DNA of 64,000 nucleotides from Chlorokybus atmophyticus (taxonomy: Eukaryota; Plantae; Mesostigma and Chlorokybus algae), in the NCBI GenBank assembly GCA_009103225.1, contig RHPI01002048.1:175702-239701 (forward strand), read 5' to 3'. Each line of letters begins with the position of its first letter. Within the stretch, counting starts at the first letter, position 1. The position numbers and the translations under genes were made by a program. Below the pieces are notes generated by a model. The model was given only the letters and a program-made list of their open reading frames with translations, ran no database searches and was not told where the DNA came from. Shown one piece after another: positions 9,977 to 23,507 of this stretch.

Positions 9977-11866
9977 ATGGCGGCGGCGGCGCGTTTGTCG
10001 ACGGCGTGCGAGTCTTTGTCCACAGCATGGTCAGGGGAGTCTCTGCGGGTGCCCAGCCACAAGAGGCAATGGAGGAGGCCCCAGGCGTCCGCTCAGGTAG
10101 CTCGCGTGGTGGTGGAGGAGCATGTCGCCGCAAGGGTGGAGGTTGCCCCGCGGGCGGCGGTGGACCGGCTGGGTGCGTCGGCGGCGTCGTCCACCACGTC
10201 GGCTGCGGACGCGGCAGGAGTCTTGCTGCGGGAGGCCTCCGTTGAGGCTGGGGAGTGCCTGGAGGTGGCTGGCCGGGCTCAGCTCTCCGGTCATGTCAGG
10301 ATCAGCGGCGCAAAGAACAGCGCTTTGGTTGTCTTGGCTGGGGCGTTGCTTTGCTCAGAGGAGGTCGTCCTCCGCTCTGTGCCCAGGCTGCAAGACATCA
10401 GGCGCATGGGCCAGCTGCTCCAGAGCGTCGGCGCCAAGTTCCAGCATGACGGGCACACAGCTGTCATCGACGCCAGCACGCTCACGTCCAGCGAGCCCCG
10501 CGCGGACACCGTCAGGCAGCTGCGCGCTTCGTTTTTCGTCATTGGGGCGTTGCTGGCTCGAACAGGCGAAGCTGTCTTGCCACTGCCTGGTGGCTGCAAC
10601 ATTGGGGCTCGACCAATCGACCTGCATGTTCGTGGGTTGCAGGTCAGTTGATTCCACTTGAGCTGCCTGTTGCACGGTCTTTGCACATGTTTACCAGAAT
10701 TACATCATGGAGCATGATGTAACTCTGGTAAACTCCTTGCACGTGCATGCTGACACACATTGGGTGCTGCCGGCATCATGGTTGTTGCTGTGTGCGTTAT
10801 GTGTGTGTACACAATTCCGTGTCTCAGGGCGTAAGTTTAGATGGTGCAGCTTCTGACAATGCTGCTATGTGTGCAGGCGCTAGGTGCAGATGTGCAGATC
10901 AAACATGGTCGCGTACATGCCAAAGCATCGAAGCTCACCGGGGCGTCCTTCTATCTTGATTTCCCTAGCGTGGGCGCCACAGAGACGCTGATGATGGCTG
11001 CAGTGTTAGCAGAGGGGGAGTCCGTATTTGCGAATGTTGCACAGGAGCCGGAAGTGGTTGATCTTGCCAACTTCCTCATTAGCATGGGAGCGCAGATTAA
11101 GGGCGCGGGCACGAATTGCATAGTTGTCAATGGTGTGAAGAAGCTGCACCCTGCTGAGTTCACCATCATCCCCGACCGCATTGAGGCTGGCACCTTCCTT
11201 GTAGCAGGAGCCATTACCAATTCCAGCCTTTCACTTGCACCAGTCATCCCTCAGCACTTGACTGCTGTCATTTCCAAACTGCAGGTACTTACCAAGCTCC
11301 AGTACAGCATCATCTACTGGACTTGCACATTGCAGCCTGCCCAAGTTCCATGCCTCCGCCTAATACCTGTTGCTTGTCTGCAGGCATGCGGATGCAGTGT
11401 AGTTCCTGACGGACCAGACCGGCTGCGCATCATTCCCACAGAGTCGTTGCGAGCAGCGGACATTACAACACTGCCCTACCCAGGGTTCCCAACTGACATG
11501 CAACCGCAGTTCATGTCGCTGCTCGTGCATGCTCAAGGGGTATCCACAATACGTGAGACAGTGTTTGAGAAGCGCATGCGGCATGCAGAAGAACTGCAGC
11601 GCCTGGGTGCAAACATCAAACTCTCTGGCAGTGCTGCCACCATCTATGGACGCCTGGACAACAAGGCCCTTTGGGGAGCACCAGTCACTGCCACGGACTT
11701 GAGAGCAGGCGCTGCACTCGTCCTTGCGGGCATGGCTGCTGAGGGCGTCACAACCATTGATGGTCTCGAACACATAGACAGAGGGTATGAGCTTTTGGAT
11801 GAGAAGCTTCGCAACTTAGGAGCAGACATCAGGAGGGTTCCTCGGCCGCGCTCTGTTGAAGAGTGA
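9977..11866 (+). CDS. murA: UDP-N-acetylglucosamine 1-carboxyvinyltransferase (MurA) with predicted plastid transit peptide; 3 exons (9977-10642, 10877-11284, 11384-11866)
   Basis: Motifs [33 protein letters not shown] (catalytic Cys), [51 protein letters not shown] and HIDRGYE. Two GT-AG introns and an ~90-aa Ala/Ser/Arg-rich N-terminal extension. Confidence 0.96.
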
Positions 11867-13120
11867 CCAGCAGTTAAACACTGCCACAGCCTGTGATATA
11901 TAAGCTTCAGAGCTTGAGCTTAGAGTCGCATCGCTTTTAATCCATGCTGCATCTTGCAGTGGTACATAGACTGGCACATAGACACCGCACAAGCAATGTA
12001 AAAGTAACGTTATTTGTCTTGTTTTGTTCTGAAGCTGAAGTGCGCAGCAGTTTATGTAAGGCTGCATCCAGCAAAAAACAGCTAAAAAAATGTAGCAATG
12101 CGAGAAGGCAATGGCGCATACAGCTGGGGCCAGTAACCGGCTGCGTGCACAAGTGCACAAGCTTGCACAATGCATTTCCCAAGTGGTTAGATGCTCCGTT
12201 GAGTCACCAAAGTCATGTCTTTACTGCGTGGTACTAACCACTTGCCACCACAAGCTCCAATTGAGATCGTTAGTAATGAGACCATGCGCGCATGTGTGGC
12301 ATAGCTTATTAGATGAAACTCTTCATAGAAACACTATGATAAATGCGTTGCACGTAACCCTTGTATGACATACCACGCAAAACCAAGCCATGTAAAGGGC
12401 TCTTGTAATACATCAAATGTCTTCATGCTCAGAGACACGAGATGTTCAGCTAGATGATAATTAATGCACTGCGATGATTTGCACCTCTTGGCATGACCTT
12501 TTCAATCCTTGTTGCACTTCTGCCAGCTCCGACAATCGCCTAATGTTGTGAAATGATAGAGTCCGCAACGACAGCACCGATCACATGCATGTCTCATGTT
12601 ATTTGGTCATTGTTTTGGCAGTAATGGCTCATGGCATTATGCCAGTTAGCTCGCCGAAAAGGATGAAACCCTTCATGCATGAGCATATCATATATGTATT
12701 ACCCAATCGATGAACATATTGTGCAACACGCATTGCCAATGTATCTAAGCCATGTCGATTGCACAAGCTTATATAATACATGCAATGCAAATGAATGAAT
12801 GAATAGGTAATTAATGGTCGGCGAGTATCACATACATTATTGTGGTGAGTGTTGTGTACATGTTGGATGACTGATAACATAAGTTGTGTGGAAACCACAA
12901 TGTACACCGCTTGCACGATTTGGGCATGCGCATACAATTACCCGATGTTCTCACCATGCACGGCTTATCACACATGCAAATGTTAACATCAACCTTTTTG
13001 CAAAACCGCTAGGCTATGTACCCCAAGTAATTAACCTACATACGTGAGCCCCAAACACTTGCAAGCCTGAAGATAACAAGCGTTTACATCGCAGGTGGTA
13101 AAATCCTCAAGTTATTTATT

Positions 13121-13326
<206 letters not shown>

Positions 13327-14607
13327 GCCTGTTATTCTAGCTTCATGACAGTACGAGTGTAAACAAACATAAACAAACATAAACTTTTTGCATTATGGCT
13401 GCTCCTCAAAGGTTACAAGTAGTGCACATGCTTTGCTATTGGATGGTGGATCGCTGAACAATGCCACCAGCCATTGGAATCGCGCAATTAGCTGCTATCA
13501 TTGTGTAGGTGAATTAGGCATGTAAGCTAAGACCCATCCAAATAGCCATGTCAGTAAAGCACGTGTACCTGAAAAACACTACTTTATGTACACACCTATT
13601 GCTTGTGCATGGCTGTGCATGACCGCTTTAGACATGCTGCTCGTGTGACCATGATAGATTGTTATCCACGTATCCTGCCACTGTTGTATAGGGGGCCGGG
13701 CCAGGTCGGAGAATAGATATGCATACAATGCCGCATGTGATTGTCCAAAGTATGCAATGCTGTATATCCCTGCGCGTGTTTGTGCACAAGAGATAGTAAG
13801 CTACATTTGTCTTATGCTGGGGTGTGAACTACAAGACTTACATGAAATGCCTTACACCGTCCGCATACGGTATCACAGACATGCACCAAGCCATAGCTAG
13901 ACAAGTAGAACAACACAACCTCACAAGACAATATATGATTTGGCCAGGGGGTGGAGCTGGCCACTTCTTAACTCAACCACCAGATACACCACCACTACAC
14001 CACACTATATGCGTGCATATGCGTGCAAGTGCGTGCAGTAGTAGGAATGGCAACACCAACAGACACCAACCTGCAGCAGCCGAGCAGGGGAGACATAGTG
14101 CTGGTGAGTTTGCGGGCTTGGCAAGTGAGAGAGTGCTGTGCGATGGGTGTGCAACATGTGGTGCGTGCATGCCTAACATGGAGGTCTGGGGTAGTGTAGT
14201 GCGTTAGGTATGAGCAAGTAGCGTGGATAGCCCGGTGGTGTATGTATCTGATAAGCTATGCTTGCATGCTTGTCTGTGTGCTGCTGTTTGCGTCATGCAT
14301 GCCTATAACTGCCTCATGCACATCCTGTACAGTCCACCACCTGTGTTGGAAGCTATGCGCAGACGTCAACACAACGTATGGTGACTCTGGTCGTTGCTGT
14401 TAATTGTGGCTGGTGCACTGTTTGTGAATGCTGTCTGACCGATGTACATTGTGCATGAATCCTACGTGCACTAGCGCAATGCATCATTGGCTTCTGCTAG
14501 CACTCGCTCCTAACGGAGCAGCCCAATCAGCAGCTCCTGTGCCACAAGCACAGCAATAACGCAGCAATTCGTTTTTACAACCACAGTAGAAAATACCCTG
14601 CAGCACT

Positions 14608-17600
14608 TCAAACAACTTGATAACTGTCAACGGCCAAGCTTGTTCTTGATGCAAACTTGGCCGGGGAATTGTCTGATGTACTGAAAACGCCAGCAACCTG
14701 TCCACGTGTTGGAACTTTTGATCAACATGCAGGGTAAGATGGGCAAGCACCCCAGGCAGCACAAACGAGTGTACATGCGCAAGTTGCTCCACCTTGACAT
14801 CGCAGAATGTCTTGTTGGAGGAGAACTTGATGTCAACAGGGAAGAAGGCATTTGTGGAAGCGGCAGTATGCACAACAAACTCCATGGCACCACTGCAGAG
14901 ACCGAGAATAAGTAAAGTACTCATGCCAGAGTATGCAGTTATAAGCTTGAGACCTATGGAGATGCAAAGTTGCACGTGCAAGTCCTGTGCAGAACGGGCC
15001 TTCATACCTTCTATTGGTGTTGTCTATGAGCTCAATTTGCCATTCCAGTACACCTTTCCTCGCATCATACCTGCAGAGGTGCGATCAAACATGTCCACAA
15101 ATCAAAACGGGCAGTGCGCTGTTGCTGACATGTCAATGCCATGACCATGAATTTGTGCAGGTTGCTCACCGGAAGTCACCATCGACTTGGTTCACTGATG
15201 GGGGATCACGTGCAGGCGGTACTGGAATGGTGACCAACACCTTGTGCAGCTCAAATTGTGAGGTGGATTCGTACTCTATGTTTACATAGGTCTCATTGCC
15301 CGATGCTGATGGCCAACAATTCACTGCGCAACAAGCAAGCAGTAAGTAGAGAACATGTGCACAGACAGGCTCATCTTTACGACATCACGCACTTGGTATC
15401 ATTACAAGAAAAGCACCTGTGAATGGGATCATGCTCTCATCCTTGCATTGCATGCGCCATTTTAACACACCCAGCGCACTTCCTGTAGGAAAGGGACGGC
15501 TGGAATCTTTGAGGCCCAGTATGCTTTGCTGGCTGTGGAGGGCCTTATCAATGTTTGGATGGGTCTTGAACTGGAAGCCAGGGTTGTCACCAGCTTCAAC
15601 CTTGATGCGAATGTAAGCATCCTCCTCACGCACAACTTCAAGCGCCATGGTTCCTTGAACCTCAAAGTTCTCCAGGCCGCCATCCTTCTTGATGACAATG
15701 TTGAGAACTTCTTCAATGGCGATTGTGATGGGGTCCGATGCGGCCTGCACGATCGTGCTGCCTGCAGCAGGCCTACTAGACCCCTCCGCCTCGACAATTT
15801 CACCTTCCGCACGTAATGACTCCAAGAACTGCTTCGCTTTTGTAGTAGACTTGCCCAACTGCATGCCCTTGCCCTGCCCGGATGTTGGCGCGGCAGGTGC
15901 TGGCCACAGATATGACAAGATAAGGGCGTGCATGGTATGCATAAGGCAACAATGCACCAGTGCACAACTGGCAACAGTACGCACCATTAATTTCTGCAAA
16001 ACCACCAATGGGCGAAGCAATGAACGGCTCTGACTTTGGAGCAGGTCGATCGCTGCTGATGCCAAATGAACCATTGCTGAAATTCGGGCGATCTCCCTTG
16101 GCCTTGTCCATCTTAGTCTTATCAATTTCAGAAGCCTTCCGCTTCATGATGTCCTTGGTATCGTTAACCTTGCTCTAAAGAAGCATAAAGAAACAGGCAG
16201 TTGTGATAATAGCCTGGTCTTCTGACTGACTGCCATGAGGTTTACTCACCTGTATGATCATCTTGTGCAGTTTCTCCTCGTGACTCTCCATTTCAGTGAA
16301 TGTTCGGACTTGTGCAACCGTCACATTCTCCTTGTGGCCTTCCGATATGACTTCATCAAAGGCAAATATGAGCTCAAAAGCTGAGCGAACAATGCCCTCT
16401 TCATCCATCTGTGTACAGAACTCTGGAACCTGTCAGTAGCACAACAAACTGTCAACCTTCAAAGATGCAAAGAACACACTATGAAGGCACGGTGGACGTA
16501 GCAATTGAACCATAGCGGTCATGGTGCTGATACCAGCTTTGATAGAAGGCGCAGAGTCTCCAAGTCCTCCAGAATGTTAGACTGCTTGTTGGTGACCAGC
16601 AGCAGGTACAGACCTTCCAATGGCTGATACACGTATCGAACATTCTCAGTCTCCACATAGGTGTGCTGCTTGCCGCTGCCCACCAGCTTTGGGAAGGCTG
16701 CCAGCAAACCTTCTATTCGGATGCGAGTCATATCGACAAACTGCCTGGAAAGCAAAGCTGCACCAAAGCAGTGCGTCACATACCAGCAGCAAGTCAATTG
16801 CAATAGACGATGCACAACTGAAATGGCAACCATGGCATAAGCACAAACCATGTCTTGCAACGGATAACCAATGGGCCAAAACATCAATCACTGCTGTACT
16901 GCCACCACCAACAAACAAGGCCGCTGCTATTACTATGTACAACATTGACTGCAAACGCAGCCATGTCGTGTTGGACGTTGACACCCTTCCCTGCAGGCAG
17001 CAACGCATAGGTGTAATGCACATTGCTGCAATACCTTTCCCGGACTTAGTGACCACAGATGCCGCCAACACCACCTGCATAAATGCCACATAAAGCTCAG
17101 TATGTATTCATGCATGATTTGCTTGTCGACTTAGGAACCACACCTCAAAGGCAAGCAAAAATCTGCATTCAGGCAGCCACACAGCAGCATGGCAAGCGCA
17201 TGCAATGAGCTATGTGCAATGGACAACAGAATCGGTGAGTACCTCAATGTACAGACTGCAAACCGTGAGACCGCATTGCAGTGCGAACCGACCAACTGCA
17301 TCCAACTTCTGTGGCGACAAGAACAATGCGGTCGCAAGATGCAGATTCAACGTGATGTGATAGCCCATAAAAGGTGCAGCAGATAGTTAGATGCGTACGT
17401 GCATTGCACAATGCTGCATGAGCCAGATGCTTGGTTGTGCCCACACGACAATGGTTAAAAAGTTGTCGATTGATACTATTCAATGAGCAGATCGAGTACC
17501 ATGCAAGACGTCGAAGAACTTGTACTCATAAAATGCTGAATAAATAGCATCATACCATACCATACCATACCATACCATACCATACCGTACCATACCATAC

Positions 17601-17956
17601 CATACCAAAATGCTGACTAAATAGCATCATACCATACCATACCATACCACAATGCGTTGTTTGTGCTGCCTGTTATTATGTCACATACTGCACACACGAG
17701 ACGCTATCAGCATGGCATGACACGTAGCTCATGAGTCAAGCTGCTCATGTAGCCACGTTGTTATTATGTGTGTGTCACAAAACCAACAAAGAGGTTCCAA
17801 ACTACTTCTCGTCATGCACGCCATCGACTTTGCCACAACTTCCACGGCATTGTATTTACCAAGCTGATCTGCACAAAGTTGTATTCTATGCCTCGCTCAC
17901 TTCTATGCTGCCAATGCCTGCACTAGCTGCACACATTGGACTGGACTGCTCACCAT
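14608..17956 (-). CDS. ARCN1: Coatomer subunit delta (delta-COP); ~10 coding exons, the first contributing only ATG (17956-17954)
   Basis: The spliced product reads M|[13 protein letters not shown]|[25 protein letters not shown]...[12 protein letters not shown]...[13 protein letters not shown], then a mu-homology region [11 protein letters not shown]...LKWR...VNCWPS...LEWQIELID...SYQVV*. All junctions are GT-AG and in frame. Confidence 0.96.
17530..17650 (+). repeat. Duplicated ~77-bp unit containing a (CCATA)n pentanucleotide array, inside a delta-COP intron
   Basis: AAAATGCTGA(A/C)TAAATAGCAT followed by CATAC runs, starting at 17530 and 17607. Confidence 0.9.
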
Positions 17957-18124
17957 CTTGCCGGCTGATCAGCCACAACCAAGAACGCGTCCGTTCTTCG
18001 TCGGTGACGTCGACAACTACACCGACTCCACCTAACGGTACACCCACGCCCACGCCCACACCACCGCCGCCGCCTCCACTGCGGGCGGCGTCCACCACAG
18101 TCTCCCGCTCACCAGGTGGTTAGG

Positions 18125-18133
18125 CTAGGGTTT
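18125..18133 (-). promoter_or_regulatory. Telo-box (AAACCCTAG) at the 5' end of the delta-COP gene
   Basis: CTAGGGTTT on the + strand, 12 bp from a putative 5'-UTR intron donor. Confidence 0.55.
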
Positions 18134-19141
18134 CGGGGCGTGAGGGCAGAAACGCACGCTGCTGAACGCTAGCAGCAATCGCAGGCGGGCATCACGAAGC
18201 ACAGCAAGTCGTGTCAAACTTGTGTCGCATTGTGCCTGGGATCGTTTGGGATCATTTTATAGTAAGATCAGTGATCGGTGGAGGGATCACATCACCATCA
18301 CAAGGTGTAAGAATGGTCATCATCCTTCTCCAGAGCGAAACGCAACTACAATTGTGTAGTTTTATGGTTAACGGATATAGCTACAAGTAATCATTGGTGC
18401 CAATACAGTATGAAGGTTAGGATTGTATAGGTTACAAGAGCTTGTACAATGAAAACCGACCAAAGAGCTTCGTAAATGGTATACGGTATGAGAGATATAC
18501 AAATGGTATGTAGGAACCTAATTGTGTGCAAGTATTATGCTATACCTATAGTAGGTATAGTATATATAGCACAGACGCAATTATTTTAGACAGTGCAGCA
18601 AGTTGCGCAACTGAGCGTTTACGTGGTGGGTGACATGAGCGATGATGTTGAAACGGCTCAAGTTTACAAAAGGGTCATTAAGCTACATTGTATGGCACAA
18701 CTCGCCTCTATAGATGGAGACACACTGCATATGTTTGTCACCTTACCTATGTAGCATCGCCTATGCGAGAGGGAGCGTACTATACAGACACACTGAATTT
18801 GGTGCTTGCATTTTACACCTGCTTACGTATGACTTATTATTGCACAACTGTGCCGCAATGGCATGAAAGTTGACCATGCAACAACCCTTCGGGGTGTACA
18901 TGTGTCCAATCAATGTGCCAAGTACACATATGTAAGTTCGTCTGGTTTGTGGCAGATTGGATGAGGTTTTCAAACAACACGCCAATGGTAAACCGTCATT
19001 ATGCTGTGTGACACTGACTTACTGTTATGTTACAATGCGCACATGTAACAGTGTGAACCCTTGTGTAGAGGTAATGATATAGTGTGGCTGTGGATTGATG
19101 CTGCATGCATGCGAAACAGCACTTCACATACCCTATACGCA

Positions 19142-20115
19142 TCATATGGTAGCCAACTGTTTCTGATATGTCTTGCATAAAAGCTGCAGCTTTGCTTCCC
19201 ACTCGCGTATCCGTGAGCTGCACTCCTTCATGAGTGCATCCTTGGTCTTGATCTCTGCCTCCAGTGCCTTGATCTCCTGCACATGACAATGCCCCATATC
19301 TAATGCCTGGAATGACAAACCATGCATCATACCTGTAGCAGTTGTGTGCAGCTTGCGAGCACGCACCCTCAAAGCACAGCGATACATCTGATGATGGTTG
19401 ATATGAGATGCTACATGCTCCTGACTGCATTGCATGCAAACATGACGCACAAGCAACAAAAATTGTTGGCATAATGCACAGCTGATGACAATGTAGGCAC
19501 GATGCGTACCTCAGCCACAGATGGCCCGGGTTCTTCCTCGTCGGCAGCTTGCCGCGACAGGAAAAACAGTTCAATGCTTTTCGCTGCAGCCAGGAACTGC
19601 TCCGCCAACCTCGCAGCATCGTCATCTGCAACAACGCGCATGCTTATCCCTGTCCCCGTAATACCCACAGTGCTTTGAGCGTACCGTAAAACCAAGCCAC
19701 AGCATGTGCATGCATGCAGCTGCGACAACAGCCGTGCTAACATTAACTCACACCCAAGCATGTTCTGCCTTGCAAGCAAATTCACAGCACACGTGTAAGC
19801 AGAAGGGAAATAGTATACGGTCCGAAAGTTTTAACCTTGCAAGGCGGCTGCCGCACCAGTGGTTGCAGCTTCCTGCTGGTAAGGCGGCGGGAGTTGAGGC
19901 GGAGCAGGCGGCTGTGTTGGCGCGCGAGCCTGCTGCGTCAGAGCTCTCAGAGCTTGAGTGAGGGGTGTCGTTGGTGTTGTTGTCGTCGTTGTCGTCGCGG
20001 TCGTCGTAGTGTTCGGGGTTGTCTGCAGCACAGGCAGCGGCAGCATGCCCCTCAGGCTGGCCTCTATGCGCTCCAGCAGAGTCTCGCACTCCTCTACGCT
20101 AGCTGCACCCTCCAT
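19142..20115 (-). CDS. MED28: Mediator of RNA polymerase II subunit 28; 3 exons (20115-19836, 19649-19510, 19276-19142)
   Basis: CETLLERIEASLRGMLP...DAARLAEQFLAAAKSIELFF...EIKALEAEIKTKDALMKE resembles plant MED28 as I recall it. The GT-AG junctions are in frame. Confidence 0.8.
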
Positions 20116-20540
20116 GATGGTAAGCAAGAAGCAAGCCTCCCAAGCGTACCAACAACGCCGCCACCGACCTCGCCGCTGCCGCCTACGACAAGCTCGGTCC
20201 CAAACCCGCTTCCGTACCAAACTACACAGAAATGCATCTGGGACCCAAGGCTGAACCAACGAAAATGGTTGGTTTGTTTTCAAATTTTTTCGCGCTCGCG
20301 ATGTAACGTCGACATCGGACGCAATAGCTGAGCTTTCAGCAGTCCTAACACAACGCGCAGGTAAGACGTCGTGAATTTCAATGCAGCGGCGATATACCCG
20401 CCCGCACTCAATACTGTTGACTTTAGGCGGCAGTGTCGGTGCGGTTGTGGGCGGCGGCGTGGTTGGTGGCGTGGCGGGCGGTGTTCAGGAAACTGTCTAG
20501 GGGGCGTTGTCGTCTGCAGGAGGCGTTTTCCTTCATTGCC

Positions 20541-23507
20541 ATGGACGAGAAGGAGGTGCGCCGCTTGACGGTGGCGCAGCTGCGGGGGTTCCTGACCGAG
20601 CGGTCGCTGCCGTACGCCACAGGCAAACTCAAGGAGTATTACGTGGAGAAGGTGATGGACTATTTGCAGGAGAACCCCCGGGACGACCTTGTGATGGTGA
20701 GCAGCACTTAAATGTCTTGTCCGTTCATGCAGACAGCCAAGTGCCACAGGGTGATTGTCAAACAGCTGCGGTGTTTTTAACATTCATGTCAGCTGTCAGC
20801 TGATGATTGCTCGTTTGCTTTGCACTTATAAAGGCACGTTTTCAAGTACCCTCTACGTCGCCTCGGTGTGCGGCTAATTAGCTGCTTGAACGCATTGCAA
20901 TCATAGCTACGGGCGTCGCTGACCGCTGTGTTTTGGCCATGCAAGAATTATGTCTGAGTTGTATTGCGTCATATCACACAGCAAGTGTAGTCATCATTGT
21001 GTGCAATGTGCTTTCGCATGTGCAATATCTGCTGTGCTGATGCATGGGTATACGCACGATGCATATGCAAGAGAGGATGCAATATCAGGTGTGCAAGCTC
21101 AATTTGTACAATTCACACTCCTGTTGCTCTGCTGCAGCGGCCAAACAGCCCACCGATGACGAGAACTCGGCGTGCAACACGAAACTCCGAGCCTTTTAAA
21201 TCACCACCACCCAAAACGCCCCAAAGGTTTAGGGAACCAGTGGCTCCGGCAACAATCGCCGCCCCGCAGCGGCCGCAAGGATCGTCATTTGTCAGCTCCA
21301 CCGCGACGCCGGTTACGCTTAAAGTCCCAATGGTGTCATTCGCCTCGGGCACAAAGCCCGCAGCTTCCTCTCCCATCGCTGCTCCTCAGCCATCATCATC
21401 GCGCGTAGTAAGCGGGCAAACAGCCACGGCCACGAGTGAGAAGCCTTCTCCAGCGAGGAATGTCATCCACAGACGGCGCGTGGTTTCACCCTCGCCCACA
21501 CGCTCTGCCGTTCCATCCTCACCGAGTGCAGCACAGACACAACCTAAGCGCCTGTCCATCGAGAACATCGACAAGTGGTTGAGGCACTTGCCCACAATGC
21601 AGCACGGGCTCAAACTTGCGCTCTTCACTGTGCTTGCATTGATCGCCCTGCTATCAATATACTTGTTCCTGGCCTCAGCTGCTCCATTCTGCGACACCGG
21701 CAAGCTTTCAACCGCAGGTGAGTGTTGAAGCTCAGTGTGTATGTGCATGCAGATGTCTGACGTTGACCTCACATTGATCTATACCACAGATGCAACGTGC
21801 GTGCCTTGTCCGCAGCACGGCGTCTGCAGCGGTGGCCGTCTCAAGTGCAAAAGCGGCTACCGCCATGATGGATGGCAGTGTGTTCTTGACGAGAAGGCAG
21901 AGAGCCTCTCACAGCGACTGGTTCGTGACGTTTTTATGCTCCCAACTCTTTGAGTCAATATTCCAACCAGGTGCATGTTATCAGACAGAGCTTGAACAAC
22001 ATTGTCACAGGTGGGCCCCATCGTGCATCACGTCTGCACATCGCACGCGAAGCACATGTGTGGCGAGCAAGGAGCAGAGTGGGTGAGTGCACATGTTGCA
22101 AGGTGCTGCCACTGATCTGTTGAAAGTGTTGACAATGGGTGTGCTTTGCAGGTGAGTGAGCCCGATGTCCGGTCCGCCGTCTTGAAGCCGTACATTGCAG
22201 AGCGCGCCGACGCGGACACTGTACTCGCAGCAGCCGTGCAGAAAGCAAGTGCAGTGTTGGACATGCAAGCCGGGAATGACACCGGGTACGCAGTACAAGC
22301 ATCCTGATTGTCGTTCGTTCCATGCTTGTCACGTGAAGCAATCGGGATGCCTGGCGATGCTGTCACACAGGTCTGACTGAGACCTATCACAGTGCACACT
22401 GTTGTAGACTCCAACTCAGCAGATGGAGTCCTGTTTTTATGCGTCCTGCACAGCTATGGTTTCACATGAAGCCTCTTTTAGCTTGCTGCTTATGGTGCAG
22501 TACTCATGGTTGTTTGTGTCGCCGTCATGTTCTGTGCAGGAAGTCTTGCTTCCGTTGTCCACCTCCCATGGCATGGGAGTATAGGCCATTATCCTGCCGG
22601 CTAGCACAAGGCTTGCAGGCACTCAAGTCGGGTGCAAAGCACGCGGGGTCGTCAACGCTTCACAGTCTGCTTGCATTGCTAGTTAGCCTGCTGCAAGGCG
22701 TGAGAGACTGGCTGCTTGCGCGATTGAAGTACATACTGTGTCTGCTATTGCTGGTAACTGCAAGTAAATATGCAATAAGTCAATGAAGATGAACGAGAGT
22801 TTGTGCTTACTGACGGAATGGACAGGTGTCATTGGCAGCCTATGTTGTATTCGCCTATAAGCAAAGGCGACGAACCCGCTCAGCAGCGCATGCATTAGCG
22901 ACTGAAGCGCTCGCATTTCTGGAGTCTGCCAAGCGTGATCAAAGCGCTCCACATGCATACACAGTGGTAGAGCACCTGCGAGACTCCCTCCTCGAGCTTG
23001 ATGAGCCGCACGAGAAGGAGAAAAAGATACAATATCTGTGGCCAGCGGTGCGTTTAGCAGTACGTGCTTTTTGAATGCTGTTGTGCAGCGTGCATGGTTT
23101 CTTCCATCTCAGCTGCATGTACAGTGTATCCAGAGTGCCTGTAGGTGCCTGCTTCCATTTTCAGTCATACATGCTTCACTGCTGTCTCGATTCAGTTGCG
23201 CACACGTGCAACACTTTCATGCAAGGGCTTGACTAATTTGCTCAGGTTGGCTTGCAGGTTGTGAGGATAGTTCGCAAGGACAGCCGCGTGCATGAGTACA
23301 AGGAACAAATTAAAGGCGAGCCCCGTACAGTCTGGGAGTGGCAAGGTGAGTTGAGAGGTTCCATGCAATCTGCCCTCATGTTTCCTCAAGTCCAGCCACG
23401 ACCATATATGCTCCATCTCATGTCTCCCCTCGTGTGCTTGTGCAGCTGCCTCAACAACGCCTGTCAGAAGGACGCGACAGACACAATCACCAGGGGCAGT
23501 AGGCTAA
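20541..23507 (+). CDS. MAN1: Inner nuclear membrane protein of the MAN1/Src1 (Heh) family: N-terminal HeH/LEM-like domain, two TM helices, MSC domain; 3' end approximate
   Basis: Exon 1 (20541-20696) encodes LTVAQLRGFLTERSLPY. TM1 LALFTVLALIALLSIYLFL is followed by PFCDTG...CVPCPQHGVCSGGRLKCKSGY. A second TM is followed by VVEHLRDSLL...LWPAV|VRIVRKDSRV...IKGEPRTVWEWQ. Confidence 0.82.

Noticed and set aside
9977-11866. murA as bacterial contamination
   Set aside because: It has two GT-AG introns and an N-terminal extension, and it is contiguous with eukaryotic genes.
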